Shown here: one piece after another, positions 26,679-41,992 of the stretch
Position numbering within the stretch: position 1 is the first letter of the stretch
Layout: each line of letters starts with the position of its first letter
Source of the DNA: Ptychomitrium polyphyllum
Lineage: Eukaryota
Length of the DNA: 64,000 nt
Assembly (NCBI GenBank): GCA_973851085.1
Contig: OZ316775.1
Span: 15,252,001-15,316,000 of the forward strand
Direction of reading: 5' to 3'
Notes under the pieces: generated by a model
The model's input: the letters and a program-made list of their open reading frames with translations, nothing else
Databases searched by the model: none
Told to the model about the DNA's origin: nothing
Program-made: the position numbers and the translations under genes

Positions 26679-29600
26679 CGTTTGTAAGTAATCATGTGCA
26701 AAGTATATGTGAGTAGTACTTTGAAAGAGCGTATTAGTGAATGACAAGAATGTTGTTGTTTTTTGAATAATTTTCGAGGTATTTTTTGAGATTTTTTGGC
26801 CAAATATTTGGAAGTTAAAAATAATAAATCTTGTTGATAAAATTATTTGTCCAGTTATTACATGCATGAGTTTTACTAGTTGATCGTGCTCATTAATGAA
26901 GTATTTAGTATGATTAGGACCACAAGTTGCATGGCAAATCATTTATTGTATGAACTTATGTATATGATCATATTAATGATTTTTCTACTTTTAATGACCA
27001 ACTTTGTTTTGAAATACATTATTAGTTTTTCTATGTATTAATTATCATAATGGGGTTGTAGCTTTTCGAGTAGTTAAACTTCTTAAATTAATCCATACAA
27101 TGGAATGAATCAATAACAATTTATGATATGCTTTGAGGAGCTAATCTTAAAATGCTTCCAACAACATTTTTGAAACATATTAAGCAGTCAAATTAGTTAT
27201 TTGAACCAACAAAACCTAATTTAATGCATAAATTTTTATTTTTTTTCAAAGTTTTAAACATCACATGTTTATTTAAATTATATTATAGATTTACCAAAGT
27301 TATCAATTTATAAGCTTAATTCGTATGTAATGCAAATGTTACATTTTAAAATCAAATTTTGTAGACATCAACACATTAATAAAGAACCCATATTGTATTG
27401 TTATTATTATTTTCTGAAAATGTGTCATGTTTGTCAAATCTAAATTCTTGTTGACTTTCAAAATATAATTTTAACTTATATTTAAATAGTTGTGATGATT
27501 ACCTAGATAAAGTTATATATGGAATTTTTACATATGCTAAGCTTTTCATACAATAACCATTTTTTTTTTATCTATTTGATTTATTATGTAAAATATTATT
27601 TTAAAAATCACTTAAAATTTTCTATTTTAATCATATTCTACCATTTGAACAACACAATTCCAAAAAAAAAAATCTGTTTCAACAAGTTTCGGAATATGAA
27701 TTTTTAAATATTCCATTCATTGCAATTTATTCAATCATTCAATATATGCTTAATCCAACACTTTAAAGCAAAGAGGTTTTTGATTGAAATTTTTATTTTT
27801 AATCAAGCTTTATATGGATTCGATGAATTGATATGTTGTAAGTTGGTGTTGAATGGAGTCAATATTTACTTTTTAATTATTGTTGCAAGGTGAATTCATT
27901 TCATTTAGTTTATTATCAATTTAATGAAGCTTTGAAAATAGTGGTATAAAATATTTTTACTTGTGGTTGTTGTAACATGATTTGAATATATTTTCCAAAT
28001 CTTTCAAAATCTATGACTCCAGAGATAAGCTATAATTCATCAATACCTTGATCTTTCTCATTTTTATTAGAATAATTAACATTTGACATTTTTTCAAAAC
28101 ATTGCAAATACCAAATTAAATAAATAAATAATTGTTACAATTACTTTTTAGTTTGCAATATATTCTTAAATTCCAAAAAACAGCCTCTTCAATTTATTTG
28201 CATTTATTAATTTGATTTTGATGATATAATATGTATATATTTGTATGTGTTCATGTCTAAACACAAAAATTCATTAAAAACAAGTGGCATATTATAATGC
28301 ATAATATACATCCAAATTTCATTTATAGTGGCTTAAACCTTCAAATTATAATGGGATAATTTGGCACATAAATATTACATAATATAGTAAACTATTTATA
28401 ATTTTTATAGTCTTAATTTTTATATAATTCACAATCAACACATGAACTTATTTTTCCATAACATACAAATTATTAATAGTATCATAATTACATAGCTTAT
28501 TTATCACTTTCCTAATAGATATGTTATTCATTTAACATACAGATTTAGCACAAGAAGTTGAAAATTAATACTTTTGCCTTGCAAAAATTTTGTTTTAAAA
28601 TAATTTCTAAAATAGATTCATTTATTATATGACAAATTTTCTTTTGTGTATATTGTACAAAACTAAATATGATGTTTTTTGGATCTATTTTTCATATGGA
28701 AATTCACATATTCTATTTAAATGAACACTTAATAATTAAAATGCACATTTGATATACATCTACAAAATGTATACTTTGACATTTTTCTCATTGCGGAAAC
28801 AATAATGTGCAAATACCTTGATTTTCTAATGGTGCTTATATAAATAATTGTGTAATTTATAAATTATAAATTAAAATATATTCTTTTATCAAAAATCAAA
28901 ATTGGAACAAAAAGAATTTAAGATGGTTCCAAAAAAACAATTAAAAACAATTCTTTGCGTGAAATTATATAAATGGGCAAAATAGAATATGATTCATTTA
29001 ATAAAATTGCTTTATGCAAGCATATAAAAATAAAATCAATGTAATAGATAAAAAGCTTGTATGAATCAACATTTCAACATAATAAATTTGAAAAAATATA
29101 TGATAGAAATTCAATATTAGAAGACGTATTTGTATAGGATTATTTCAAATATTAAAAATTTCAAAATTACGATGAAATATTTGCAATTGTGGGCCTTTTT
29201 TATTTATGTAGGTATTTTACAATATGAATTAAATTTCTTCAAACTATACAACTAGCAATATCCATGGATAAGAAATGAATACATAATTACTATAACTATG
29301 ATTAATATTTTTTCAAAAGAAATACAAAAGAAATTTAGCTCCATTCAAATTTTTGTTTATCTCAAAGCATAAAACAAAATTTAAAACAAAATTGAATATT
29401 TGACAGAATGTAACTTAACGTTTAACACCTTTGTGATCACAATTCAAGTTCCATTTTACTTTTTTTAATCTTTGTGTATATAACAAAAGTACATGTGGTT
29501 AAATATCTGTTGGATTATACAATTCATAACAATACATAAGTGCTTCATTTCTTCAATTGTAAAAGGATCTGATTTAATCATTTAAATGTTATCATTTTAT

Positions 29601-32600
29601 AAAATTCATTTTAAGTCATATTGATTGACTTTTTAAACTCTAATACACCTTTGTTCTATAAACATAATTTGATAAATATCAAATAATAAACCACAACCAT
29701 ATATTATATTTTTTTTAATTCATAAAATTTGCTTAAATTAGAAGATAAGTATAGCCAAATTCATTATGTTGAATATAATTGGAGTATGTTGTCAGTTTAA
29801 GTTTAGGAAGTTAAATTTTAAGATTGATTATCTTGAATTAGTTACACTTTTGATTGGATAATAATATAAATATTTACTTTAAATTTTACAATCTCTTTGA
29901 TTTGAATCTCTTATCTTGTAATATCCAGCTTCAAAATTACCTTGTATGGTTCAAAATTTTAAGCTTCATAGTCCTTTATTAATGTATTACAAATTTTACA
30001 ACATTAATCTTTTTTTAAAACCAATTAAAGCATTAGGTATATTTAATATAATATAATGCTGATAAAATATTAGTGATAATTTTCAAATGACATTTTAATT
30101 ATAAGAAATCAAATTTTATAAATCTCACGTATATAATATCCAAAATAAAATTTTATAACTCCATCATGTTTGTCCATCCATATGTTTATTTGCAATATTA
30201 GTTGAAATTTCACCTAGCACTTCACTTGAAACTTCAATTTTGAGATTGAAACTTGCATTAAATGCCATCATATTAAAGAAGTAATGACAAACTTACTTAT
30301 TATGCTCAAGCTTATGAAAAAGACCGTATCTTGCTCTAACTTTTTTTATATTAATAATATATATGATCTTAGTCATATATGATATGTGAAGTATTACAAT
30401 TGAATTTGTGCTAATGGTCATTAATGTTTTTTCCTAATCATTTTTAAAGAAACAAAAAAATATAGTGTTGCAATAAAGAAGAAAAAGACATGTAAAATAA
30501 TGAAACTATTTATATTAATTATAGTAACGCATTGTTTAATGAAGTTCATTTTGAAGAATATTAAAACTAAAATAAAATAATACCACACAATTTAAAGTTT
30601 TATGAATGTTTATTTGAGATATGCAAAAAAGTTTCATAAAATTATAAATTAACTAAAATAACAAGATCTAAGTAGAAATTTAAAAAATTTAAAAGTATTG
30701 TAGTTATTTTTGAAAGAATTATTTCCTTATAAATTATCTTATTAATATGTCCATAAAAAATTGTAGAGTTAATTACATCTTTGAAAAGTAACAGTATTGA
30801 AAATTGTAAAATATGAACAAAAAGAAAATCATTAGAAAAAAATTCTAATTGAATTATTTTTATCCATTATTTGATAATGATAAATCACTATAAATTATAA
30901 ATGACAATAACTTTCTTCTTGCATGATTATTGTGTTTTTCAAAAATTATGTAAAATAAAATCCATGGAATTTTATAAGTTAAGGTAATTTAATTTCATTG
31001 TAATAAAAAAATTAGAATTTTTATTATGTTTCTTATAAAATGCAATATGTAAGAAGTTTTTCAAATAAATTTGATCATTTGGTTATTTAAAAGCAATCCA
31101 TCATTTTATGTGTGGCTTTTTATTTAGCAATCATTTATTTTAATGTTTTTTATTTTGAAGATTTTTTTTACCAATTTAATATTTTTTTTGAAAGAAAGAC
31201 TTTCTACGTAATTCAATAGTATCAAAATGATACATCAATGTTCTTTAAAATCGAAATAATAATTGATATGTAGTTTATTTAATTCTTTGCAAAGATTCTT
31301 TTTTTACATTTAAAATACTAATCTATTACTTTTAATATTGTTACAACTATTAAAATTAATACTTCTTGCAACACAATGGCTTTGAATATTATGACAATTT
31401 TAAATTTTGAATATAATGCAAGAATTACCTTATGGTCTTGTCTTGTACAATTTGTTTAATTTGTATGTTTGTAAACACTAGTCTTACTTTTGTTTTTACT
31501 TTTATTTTATTGTAATATATTTTTTTCTTGTATTTCTTATTTTTATATTATTTTAATTATTTTTCCTATTTTGTTATTTTTTATTTGATTTGTTACTATT
31601 GTACTTTTACAATTGTTCATAAATTTGCATTAAATGCCATTACATCAAAAATGTGATTTTTCTTTACTTCTTTAATGTATAATCTTATATTACATATGAA
31701 CTAAACATATTTGTTACAATCAACTTTAAAGGCAATTATTTTGCTACAATCAACTTTTGCATTTACATTTTTGACAATGTTATTGTTTAGATTTGAATGC
31801 TAATGACTTGTTTCTTACAACTTCTAACAAATATTTGCTTTTCATGTAGATATCTTAGTGGCCATTCTTTTTCTTCTAATTGAATACATACATCATTGTC
31901 TAGTAGACAATAAAAGATTATTATGACGATGATGATGATAGGATGATCATCATTATCATTATTATTATTGCTAGTACATAGATGTCTAGAATATAGCCAG
32001 TTGCAAATATAACAACATTTATTTTTAAAATAAATTAAAATCTATATTAAAATTATAGATCAATAGCAAGATCCTTACGCAATCTTTATCCTATGTTTTT
32101 TACAAAGAATTTTTCTTTCTTTTGTAAAACATGGTTTATATATTGTATTTCTAAGACAAAGAAAAAAGATTATTTTGAAAATCAATAATACATTCATCAC
32201 ATTTTTTAATAGTTGAAGCAGCTTATTCTAACCTTGGAAAGTGAAAAATCATTAATAGTTGATAATGAAGGCATATGACAAAGAATACACAAAGACATGA
32301 ATCTAATTCGATGATTTGGCATATATATTCCTTCAATCATTTGTTGACCAAGATTCTCATGATGAAAGTGTACCTTTGAAGGATGAAAAAAAGAACACTA
32401 AAGAATGTTGCATTAGAATGCATAGAAATTTAGCTCATAAACTGGAGCCTGGCTTATCATTTAATACCTAATCATTCATCTGAAATAATGTCACGTCCTC
32501 ACTTTCACTCTCACTTTCCCAAACCCCATGCTGACACAGAAAACCGCTATTTCCTAATCGAGAACTCACCTTTTGCTATAAAATTCAAGGATGAGATTTA

Positions 32601-35600
32601 CAAATCTGAACTCAAATCAAACTCACACCACCTGTCGATAAGCTCATCACAGATCCTCCACAGAAGAATCTTCCATGCAGATCAATCTGGTGTCGGTAGC
32701 AGAAACTGAAACTTCCGAAACACTAAAAGGTCCGGAAATTTCTAGATTCAACTACCACGCCCGCTGCAAAAGAGAGAGCGCACTAAATCTGCATCTCTTA
32801 AACCTGATCTCGGAGGGGAGCATAACAGCATCTTTATGGCATCCATATTTTGGAATAGGTAAAATAAATAGTCTTCATCATCCAAAGACTGTGGCTCAAA
32901 CTCATTTTTTAAGTCAATTTTTTGATTTGAAGAGTGGACTATCAGTCATGGCTTTGGCTAGGAAGTCCAAACTCAAGGAGGCTAGGACTTGGATGACATC
33001 ATTAGGAATCACAACTAAAAACTGAAGGGCATTGTGAACAACATTGACAACAAAGAGTGGAATCCAAGACTTAACATTCATCTCAAAAGCTATGAATATA
33101 CAAGTTTTATCAACTTCACTCTATATTCTTGGAAAGTTATATGTAAAGTTGCATTACAAAAAGAGTTAATGTTGCTAGTATATACAAATAAGCCATTTTT
33201 TGAATTCGTGGAACAAATAAACTATCAAAGGAACAAAATAAGTCAAACCATAAATGATGGATAAGAATACTCAATTAGTGATATTGGATACCAAAAAGAT
33301 TACAAATACATGCTATCGCACTTTGATGGCACTAATAACTACAATTTCATAAGTCAATAAGATTTAGATTTTAGATTTTATGGTTTTGGTGATATTTGGA
33401 TTTTATGGAAGATATCACAATAATATTGTGACAAATACTTTTAAAAATTTTAATTACAAGAGGAATTTATAAATAAATATAAACATCTTAAAGAAATAAG
33501 TAATGAAATCCATTGAAAATATTTTGGAAAAAAAAAATCAAAAAAATCAAAAGAAAATTATCCTATGAATATATAGATGGTTAAAGTTATATTGGCCTTA
33601 AAATTCAAACTTTTTAATGGCTTTTTCAAAAATCAAACTTTGTCATTGTCATTTTTCATGGATATTGATGCATAATTCTTTATTAAGTATTGCCAAATAA
33701 AGCCACCTGATTATAAAATAAAATCCAACTAACAAAAGTTATATTTGGACCTATGCCTCCATTAAAATTATATACCAAAACTCTAATATTATTTATGGTC
33801 TTTCACTAAGAAAATTATTGTTAATGTTAATTGTTTGTTGAGAATTATCATAAATGATACAAAACTAACTAAAACTTCTTCTAAACATCTCATGCAATTT
33901 AATTAAATGTAATTTAATTTATAATGTAATTATTTCTACAAATCAATTGTTTTAATTAATATAAAATAATATAAGATTAAGGTGATTTTTATATTAAGCA
34001 TGAAAAATAATATTGATTATTATACACAAAATAGATGGTTTGTACAAAGATAATTATGAATTAAAGAAGAATTTCTATGTATTTATCTATTTGCAATAAC
34101 ATTTTCAATTGTATAAATATTGAAGTAGATGGAAATTTTTTTGCTACTATTATAAATCTTTCAATAAATTGAGTTGCATATTGAATGATTTATTCTTTAC
34201 AACTTCTTGCTGTGGAATTGTTAAACTTTTAAGTAATTTTTTTTTAAAAAACATAAAAGCATTTAATTTAACAAAACATTCGATTTCTCAACAAACTTGT
34301 TTTGCAAAACAATCATAACAGTAGTGCTAAATAGACATACATGTTCATGGACATAATACATATTAGTGGAATTTTATTTTATTTCATTTGTATATTTATT
34401 TGTTTAAGTTGTAATATTACTAATAATTTTACAAATTACATAGCATTTTGATATGTTGTTGGATCTATTAGATTCAAGTTTGTACCACTCAAAAGGTGCA
34501 CATAGACAAATATTCAGTTTTATACTATGGTGTGACATATATTGAATTTCAAAAAAAAATTAATTTTATAAAACTACACTAACAAAAATTAAATTAGGCG
34601 TGCACACCTATAACATTTTTGTGGTTGCTTTGGTTAGTCATGGCATATTAATTATTACAATTACACATGACTGTGCAATGAATATTTCACTGTATCAATT
34701 AAATTAAAATAAGGAAAATAATAAAAATGAACTAAATTTATTTCTATTTATGAAAAATAAATAGAATAAGAAAATACTTATTATATTTTAAAAATCATCA
34801 TATTCATTAACAAATTTGGTAGGATTAGATTGTTAAAACTATTTATCAACAAAATCCAATATTAAATTACATAGTTTGAAGCTTAATCTTATTTAAAATT
34901 ATTTTGTAAAATAAGAAATTTTACAAAATATTATTTCAATTCTTATGATTATTCTACTATTTCAAATATATCATTTCATATATTTTAATTTATACTAGCA
35001 TATAATATGAAAAAATTAAGATTGAAAAACTCAATGATATTGATATTTAATAATTTCATAAATTAAGAAAGAATTCTTGGAATTGCTATATTTTTTCAAT
35101 CATGAGATCTTTTCTTTTTTAATGAAATTATTATTTTATATGTTCTTTGACTTAAAATTTGATAATAAAAATTGTAGCATTCAGTTATTTGTAGTTTATA
35201 AATATTCTTAGATTTATAAATATAAAAATTCACATCACTATACTTTTGTAATAATTTTTGTTTTTAATCCTTTCAATAGAATTGTTTTGAAGCTTTAGGA
35301 TCTTTTGTTGGTAAAAAGAAGTGACTATTGAAATGAGTTTAATAATTTAAAAGGAAAATAATATACATTGAAGATAAAACATTTTTGAATTAGTCTTTAA
35401 TGATTTTAACTATTTTTTATTAAGAAAACATATTATGTATTATATTATTTACAAAATCTTAAGCCTAATACGGTTCTTCTATAATAATTATAAAACTTAA
35501 ATTAAATTTATTCATCATGTACAAATTTTAATTATCTATTCCAATTTTATTTTCAAATTTTAATTACAACAATTTGTTTTCAACTTCAATTTAAAATCAA

Positions 35601-38600
35601 TTCAGATGGATTAAGCATAGGCCTAAAAACACTGGTGCATTTCAGTATATTAATTAAAAATTACAAATTATTAATGGAGAATTTCTTTAGAATATGCAAT
35701 TTATACTTATGTAATATTATTATGGAGGTGTTTTTAAAGCATTTAAGAATATAAAAAGGATGTGACAAAAGAAAACAATAGAAACATACATGAGAAACTA
35801 AGAACACATGTTTCATAAACAAAGAACACCTTGTATAAACAACAATTTGTCAAATACAATTGAAAGACTTGTTTTATTAACAAATATGCAATAAGTGACA
35901 ATAAAAAGCTTGTTGATTTAGAAATAATCTAATCCAACTTTGTGATATATGTTTTAACGTAAAATCAAAACAATAATTTGGATGGTTTATACACACTTGT
36001 CAAAAATAAAAAGTTTCTTTTGTAATAAAATTATTATTTTTATTGATTTTAAAGGAATTTAAAAGCAAGCACTTTATAAAAAGCATTCTAAGATAATCTC
36101 ATAACATCCAAATTGAGCATTCTAAAGTCTGAATTATTTATATTCAAATCAAAAAAGAAAATGCATCTATTATTTGTTAAAAGATGTTTATAAACTTTTG
36201 GAAAAGTTAAATAATCGTTTCAAGTTATATTCACCTATATAAGTTTATTAATTATAGATTTAAAAAATAAAATAAAATTGCATGGTAAAGCAATAATTTC
36301 ATAAAGTCATATATGTAAAGTTTGCATATTGTAGATTTTAAATATTACATAATAAACATAGACTTTGCATATTACATATTTTTAATTCATTTGCAAAGAA
36401 TTGATTTAAAATCAATATATTCTTTAAAGAAATTCTATATGATTAACTAAAATCATAAGATTAATAAGATACTTATATATCTATTCTTCTAGTTTGTTTT
36501 TAATATATGCATCTTATTGAATTTTATTAAACATGTTTAAACTTGCATTTTAAACTTAAAAATTTAAGAAGTCTTACATCTATGGCAATTTTTCATTATT
36601 TAATTAACACTATTATTTTAGCAAAAGTTCATAAAAAAAATAGTCAAATATGAATTATTTTAGCTATTTAAATACTAATACTTACAATTCATTTATAAAC
36701 ATCATGTATTTTTTAAAAAATACTAAGGTTCTTAAATGAAATGTACAAATTATATATAATGCAACTTTCATAACTTAACAAATCTTCAAAAAAGTATTGT
36801 GGAACATTTTTTATATGACATTTGTTTATAATTAAAAATTTAAGAAACTAAAGAATAAATTTGATAAGAAGTACTTGTTAGATAAAGATGAATTCAATTT
36901 GCCTTAAAAAAAATTTGAATACATATACCAATAAATACTTATTGAATTTTGAATTTCTTTTGACAAAATCAAGTATATATACAATATATTCACTTAGAAC
37001 TAACACAAATTTATAAATACTAAATTTACCAAGAAACAATAGAAAGTGGCTCAAGTTTTTTGATTTATATAAATTAAATTTCTAAAAACATTTTATAAAA
37101 GATATTTTATAAACTTGAAATATATAGATACTTTTAATACATGTATTTTAATTGTAACAATCAAAATCTTAAAAAATATATTTTGAATCCTTTGAATATT
37201 AAAATAATTTAAATATTGTTAGAATATTATTTAATTAATATTAGAATCAAATATGGCAAGGCTATAAATTTTTTTTTTATAAAAAGCTAAAAATAAAAGA
37301 ATTTTTTTGGTGTATATATTGAAAATGATAAAGATTGTATGATATTAGTCTCAAAAAATCTAATGAATATATTAATAAGTGAATTTCTTCAAAAAAAACT
37401 TAATAAATAAAATCCTAATTATTATGACCATTGCATTTTGCAACTAATGTTATATTTTATTTGGTACTTCATAGCAAAGATTTAATTTTAATTAGTATTG
37501 GATTTTATGGAATTGAATTATAACAAATTCAGCTATAGTCATCAAAGTGAAATAAGGATATCTAAAGGTGTGAATATAGTTCTTTAGAAACAAAGTATAT
37601 TTGCATGCATTAAAGTGATTTATAATAGAAGCCAAAATATTACATTTAAATTCAATCAAGAACATTATAATATCCTCATAATTTTCATTATTTAACATAT
37701 TTACTTTTTAAATTTAATTTTCTACAAAATTTTCAATTTAAATTATTTTCTTAAGGATCCTTCAAAAAAGAATCATTACAAGATATAAGGTTTACAATCA
37801 GTTTCATATTAATTTTTACTTATATAGAATAATTGTTTATTTTTGATTAATTTAGGCCATGACTTATAGTCTACCACAAATTATTAGCAATATAAGTACC
37901 AATTATTGTCAATAAAATTAAAATTAAATAAATTATTAAATATTTTAAAAAACAAATTAGCATAAAACAATAATATCATAGAAGAAATAGTCACATGTCA
38001 TGTCTTCAATATTTTTAATCTTTCAAAAAGATGACGCATTTTCAATTTTAATGTTTTTTTGGACTTTCAAATTTTTAAATTAAACTTTAAGTATACATAC
38101 TATCAATTCAAATTTATTAATTTTGATAACAAAAATCAAAATCAAGTTATGTAAATCCATATTAAAAAGTTTAAGTTATTTTAAAATCTTTTATAATGTA
38201 AAATCGTTTAAACTCAAATTGTACATTATATCAAAAGATGGAAATAAAAAGTTGATCAAATCTTGAAAAAGGTACTTTTCTAAATACTGTTTGAAATAGT
38301 TTGAAACAGTTGTATTTTGAAAACAAGATTAATGAGGATTTTTTGTTTCAAAAGAACATATCACTTTGATTTGAACTTGATCCTTTTCAAAAATTCTCAC
38401 AAAAAGAATATTGTTGTTTTTAATAAATAAATTACTTTGATTTTAAATATCATTTTGTCACATTGTATTTCCATTTTGTTTAGTTTCAAAATAAATTCTA
38501 AATAACTATATTAAATATTTAAAAATATATATTTTTTTCATTACTTCCATAATAAATAGAATCTATTTACATTTTAAATTTTCAATTCTTGTAAATATTC

Positions 38601-41600
38601 CTGCTATAAGATCCAAGTATATGCTTACTTTTAAAATACTTAATTATTTATATATTAATAAATTTATAAGAATTTTTTTAATATTATAGTTTCAAATGGA
38701 ATTCTATACTTACAGATTGTATTAAGATTTCCTTACTTTGATACTTTTATTTGTTCTTAAACAAATTATCTTAAAAATATTAAAAGTGCAATAAAAATTA
38801 TATATGGAAGTTTCATCTATATGAATTAATATTAATATTAGATGTTGTTGTATATGACACATACTAAATTTAAAATTACAAAATCACATAGATTATAAAG
38901 AGATAATAATCTACTTAGAATGCATATCTAACTTTTAAAATTATATAAAATTAAATAATGGTATGTAATACTACATGAAATCCTTCTTAAATTCTTAGGT
39001 AATGTTCAAAAAAATTCATCTTATGATTGGTACATATTTGCTTCAAAAATTAGGCTTCAATTGAAATTTAAACCAATTAGTTTTAATACAAATAAAAACC
39101 AAATAAATAAAACCTTGGTAAATGAAAAATAATGATATAAAATGAGTGTTTTTATTTTTCAATTCTTTAGGTTGTAAAGTCATGAAGTTTGGTACTTTTA
39201 AGAATTAAATAAGAAATATGATTCTAAAAATAGATATTACTAAAATGTTGTTATTTTTATGACCTCATAAAATTTCTTGTAAAAAACATATGCTGTAAAT
39301 TCTAATTTTTAGGTTTTATTAATAGGCATGTTAAAATCAATTTTTTACTTAGAAGACATCTATATCCTTGGATATACTTTCATGATCAATGTTAATTATA
39401 TACATAATGCTATTAAAATCTACAATTATTAAATTCTTCAATCTTTAATAATGAAAATAGTTTTTGACAATTTTTTTGGAATTGTTAATCAACTAATTAA
39501 ACTTCAAATTTTAAAACTAAAAAATTATAATTAAAAAAAAATTCAACATTTGAAATTATTAATTCCATTTTAAAAGGATATTTTTTGAAATTAATTATTT
39601 TTATAAAATTATAGAAAAAATAATTGCAAGAATTTAAATCATTTAAGTATTAATTTTTGTAGCTAATTTTTGGAATGAATAGTTATTTATGAAAGTAATG
39701 AAATTGATTTGAAAATTCGTGAATCATTAAAAACTTGGATGATTGAATAGTATATTATTAACTATTTCCATAGAATTTTGTAGAGGTATAATGGAAATGT
39801 CGTTTGGTTAAAAAATTTTCTACATTAATGTAAAGTTCACCTTGGAATCAAATAATTGAATATTAAGCAATCAAGTGTTTTCAAAACCTTGATGTTCTTT
39901 AATAGTGTTTTGACATATATATTTTTGAAAAAAGTTATCAATTGCAATTATTTTTAATTTTCTATTAAATTATATAAGTAGGATATTTTCAAAAATTTCA
40001 ACATTTTTTGTTAAATTTATTCTAAAATTTTAAATAATACAATTTGAAATCACTCTATACTAACATTTATATTATAAAAAGAGCTTTTATTAAGAATTAA
40101 TTAAATATTTCTTGCAATAATATAATTTATATTTAAAAAATGTATATGTTTAATTAATTAGTTGTTTATTACTAATTATCTTAGGTTTAAAAATCTATAT
40201 TGCAATAATAAGACATATTTTTGTAATGATATTTTTATAATGCATATTTATCTAATTAATTGTCTTTAAGACTTGACATTTCTATTGTACATCTACAAAA
40301 TTCAACATATTTTTTAATCATGTGTTTTAATATGCCAAGTATTTTGGATCCAACCAAGGTATGTGCTTTCCAATGAAAACTTCCAAAAAAGTTGGAATTT
40401 TTGTAAATTTCTTAGACTAATATATTTTTGGAAATGAACATACTATAAAGTTTCAGTGTTAGCATGCCATAATTTGAAAACTAGTATAGCCTTCAACGAG
40501 CATTTTTTTTATTGAAGACTTCTTAATGGTATAAAAATTCTTTCATAAATCTTATAATTTAATTTTATTACAAACAAATAAATACTATTCTTAATATGTA
40601 GATTTTTTGTATTGAAATTTTTATACAATTTATTTTGCCATTTGCATTTTTATGTTTCTGCATTGTTTTTTCAATGTCTAAATAGGCTTAAGCTTTGTAA
40701 TTTTATATATAATAAAAAATTTCAAAACACATAAAATATCAAGTTCAGCAATTTGTTATAGTTTTTGAAATTTCAAAGTAATTAAAATGAAAAATGGTCC
40801 TTTTAAAAGTTTTTGTACAAAGCACAAAAAAATATAAGTATGTTTCTCCACAATAATAATTCATTTTAGTTATTAATTTTATTTGATTTTTGATTTTTAA
40901 TTGTTGGAGCAATGCTGTTACTGTAATTAAAGCTATTCTGCCATTGGTATATGATTTGATTTGCATTAACTTTAGCATGTTCCTCTATTTTAAAGCAAAT
41001 TATCCGTGCTTACTGTTGCTACCATGGCAAAAGAATCTATGAGATTCTATTAAAGTCTTTTCTAAGAAGTTGCAACAACAATAAATATATCTAAACTGAT
41101 CAAGCCTATTTAAAAGCACCATTGCATCCTTTACTTGAATTCCACAACCCGTACTATCTCCGCCCTATAAAAAAATAATATAAATATGTATATTATATTT
41201 TAGGTTTAATTAGCAAATTAAGATTGATAAAAAATATAAAAAAATCTACTTTACATGCTATCACATCAATGATGTATTAGTGGCCATATTTTTTCAATTA
41301 TAAAATTGTGTTAATTTTTTATTTTGTTTTGCTTTGTAGTTATTTTAGAATTGTTTCAAAATATTGTAAAGTACTTCATTATATTTTATTAATGTTCATT
41401 GGTGTTGTACTTGCTAGTGATTTGTAGTAAAATTCTTGTGATTTTTTTTTAGAAGAATATTTTATTCTAAAGTTTAAATACTATCTTTTGAAGTTTACAA
41501 ATGTTTAAATTAGTATTTTGTAATAAAAAATACACAATTGTTAAAGAACACAACTCACAAACTACAAATTAATCATGGAATACAACTTATTATATGATCT

Positions 41601-41992
41601 TTTTTTATATAGTTGTGCAAAATAGTTCAAATTAAAAATTTTAATTGATATAATGGTTGTAAAGGTTGATCTATGTGTATATGGCTAATACTTGTGTAAT
41701 ACATTGGATTGAAAGGTTTACATTAAATAATAATATAAACATACAGTTCTAACAATAGTGATTTAAACAGTTAAATTCTATTTAAAACATAATTTTCATC
41801 AAAACCATTGTTTCACAAATTAGTTACATTATATTTTCTAACTAACATACAACCAATGGATGAATCAAGTTTTAAACAAATGAAAGCATATGCAACTCTC
41901 AAGTGAAAAAAATATTATTAAACTTTAAATTAAAGATAGTTATTATCTAAAAAAAAGAAAAAAGAATAAAAACTAGTAAAACAAGCATTCTA
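26679..41992. other. AT-rich, CpG-depleted non-duplicated spacer of the palindrome
   Basis: Roughly 20-25% GC by eye; no intact gene; no mirror symmetry. Confidence 0.85.
32812..33340 (+). pseudogene. Decayed internal fragment of soluble starch synthase II (GT5), with a probable intron 32859-32932
   Basis: Manual translation: GGEHNSIFMA..R|V.TISHGFG*EVQTQGG*DLDDIIRNHN*KLKGIVNNIDNKEWNPRLNIHLKSYEYTSF..CKVALQKELML..P*MMDKNTQLVILDT..DYKYMLSHFDG. This is colinear with the remembered plant SSII sequence GGEH.NIFAAG..RVVTVSHGYAWE...EGGWGL..II....WKL.GIVNGID..EWNP..DVHL.SDGY..CKAALQKELGL..PWMM.QDVQLVMLGTG. Confidence 0.85.

Noticed and set aside
31921..31970. (GAT)n..(CAT/TAT)n self-complementary microsatellite
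   Set aside because: Short simple repeat with no evidence of function.
32675..33025. 116-aa ORF starting MQIN (ubiquitin-like start)
   Set aside because: No further ubiquitin similarity; it overlaps the SSII relic in a different frame.
26679..41992. Helitron or endogenous giant-virus identity for the spacer
   Set aside because: I could not recognise Rep/helicase or viral motifs or diagnostic termini.
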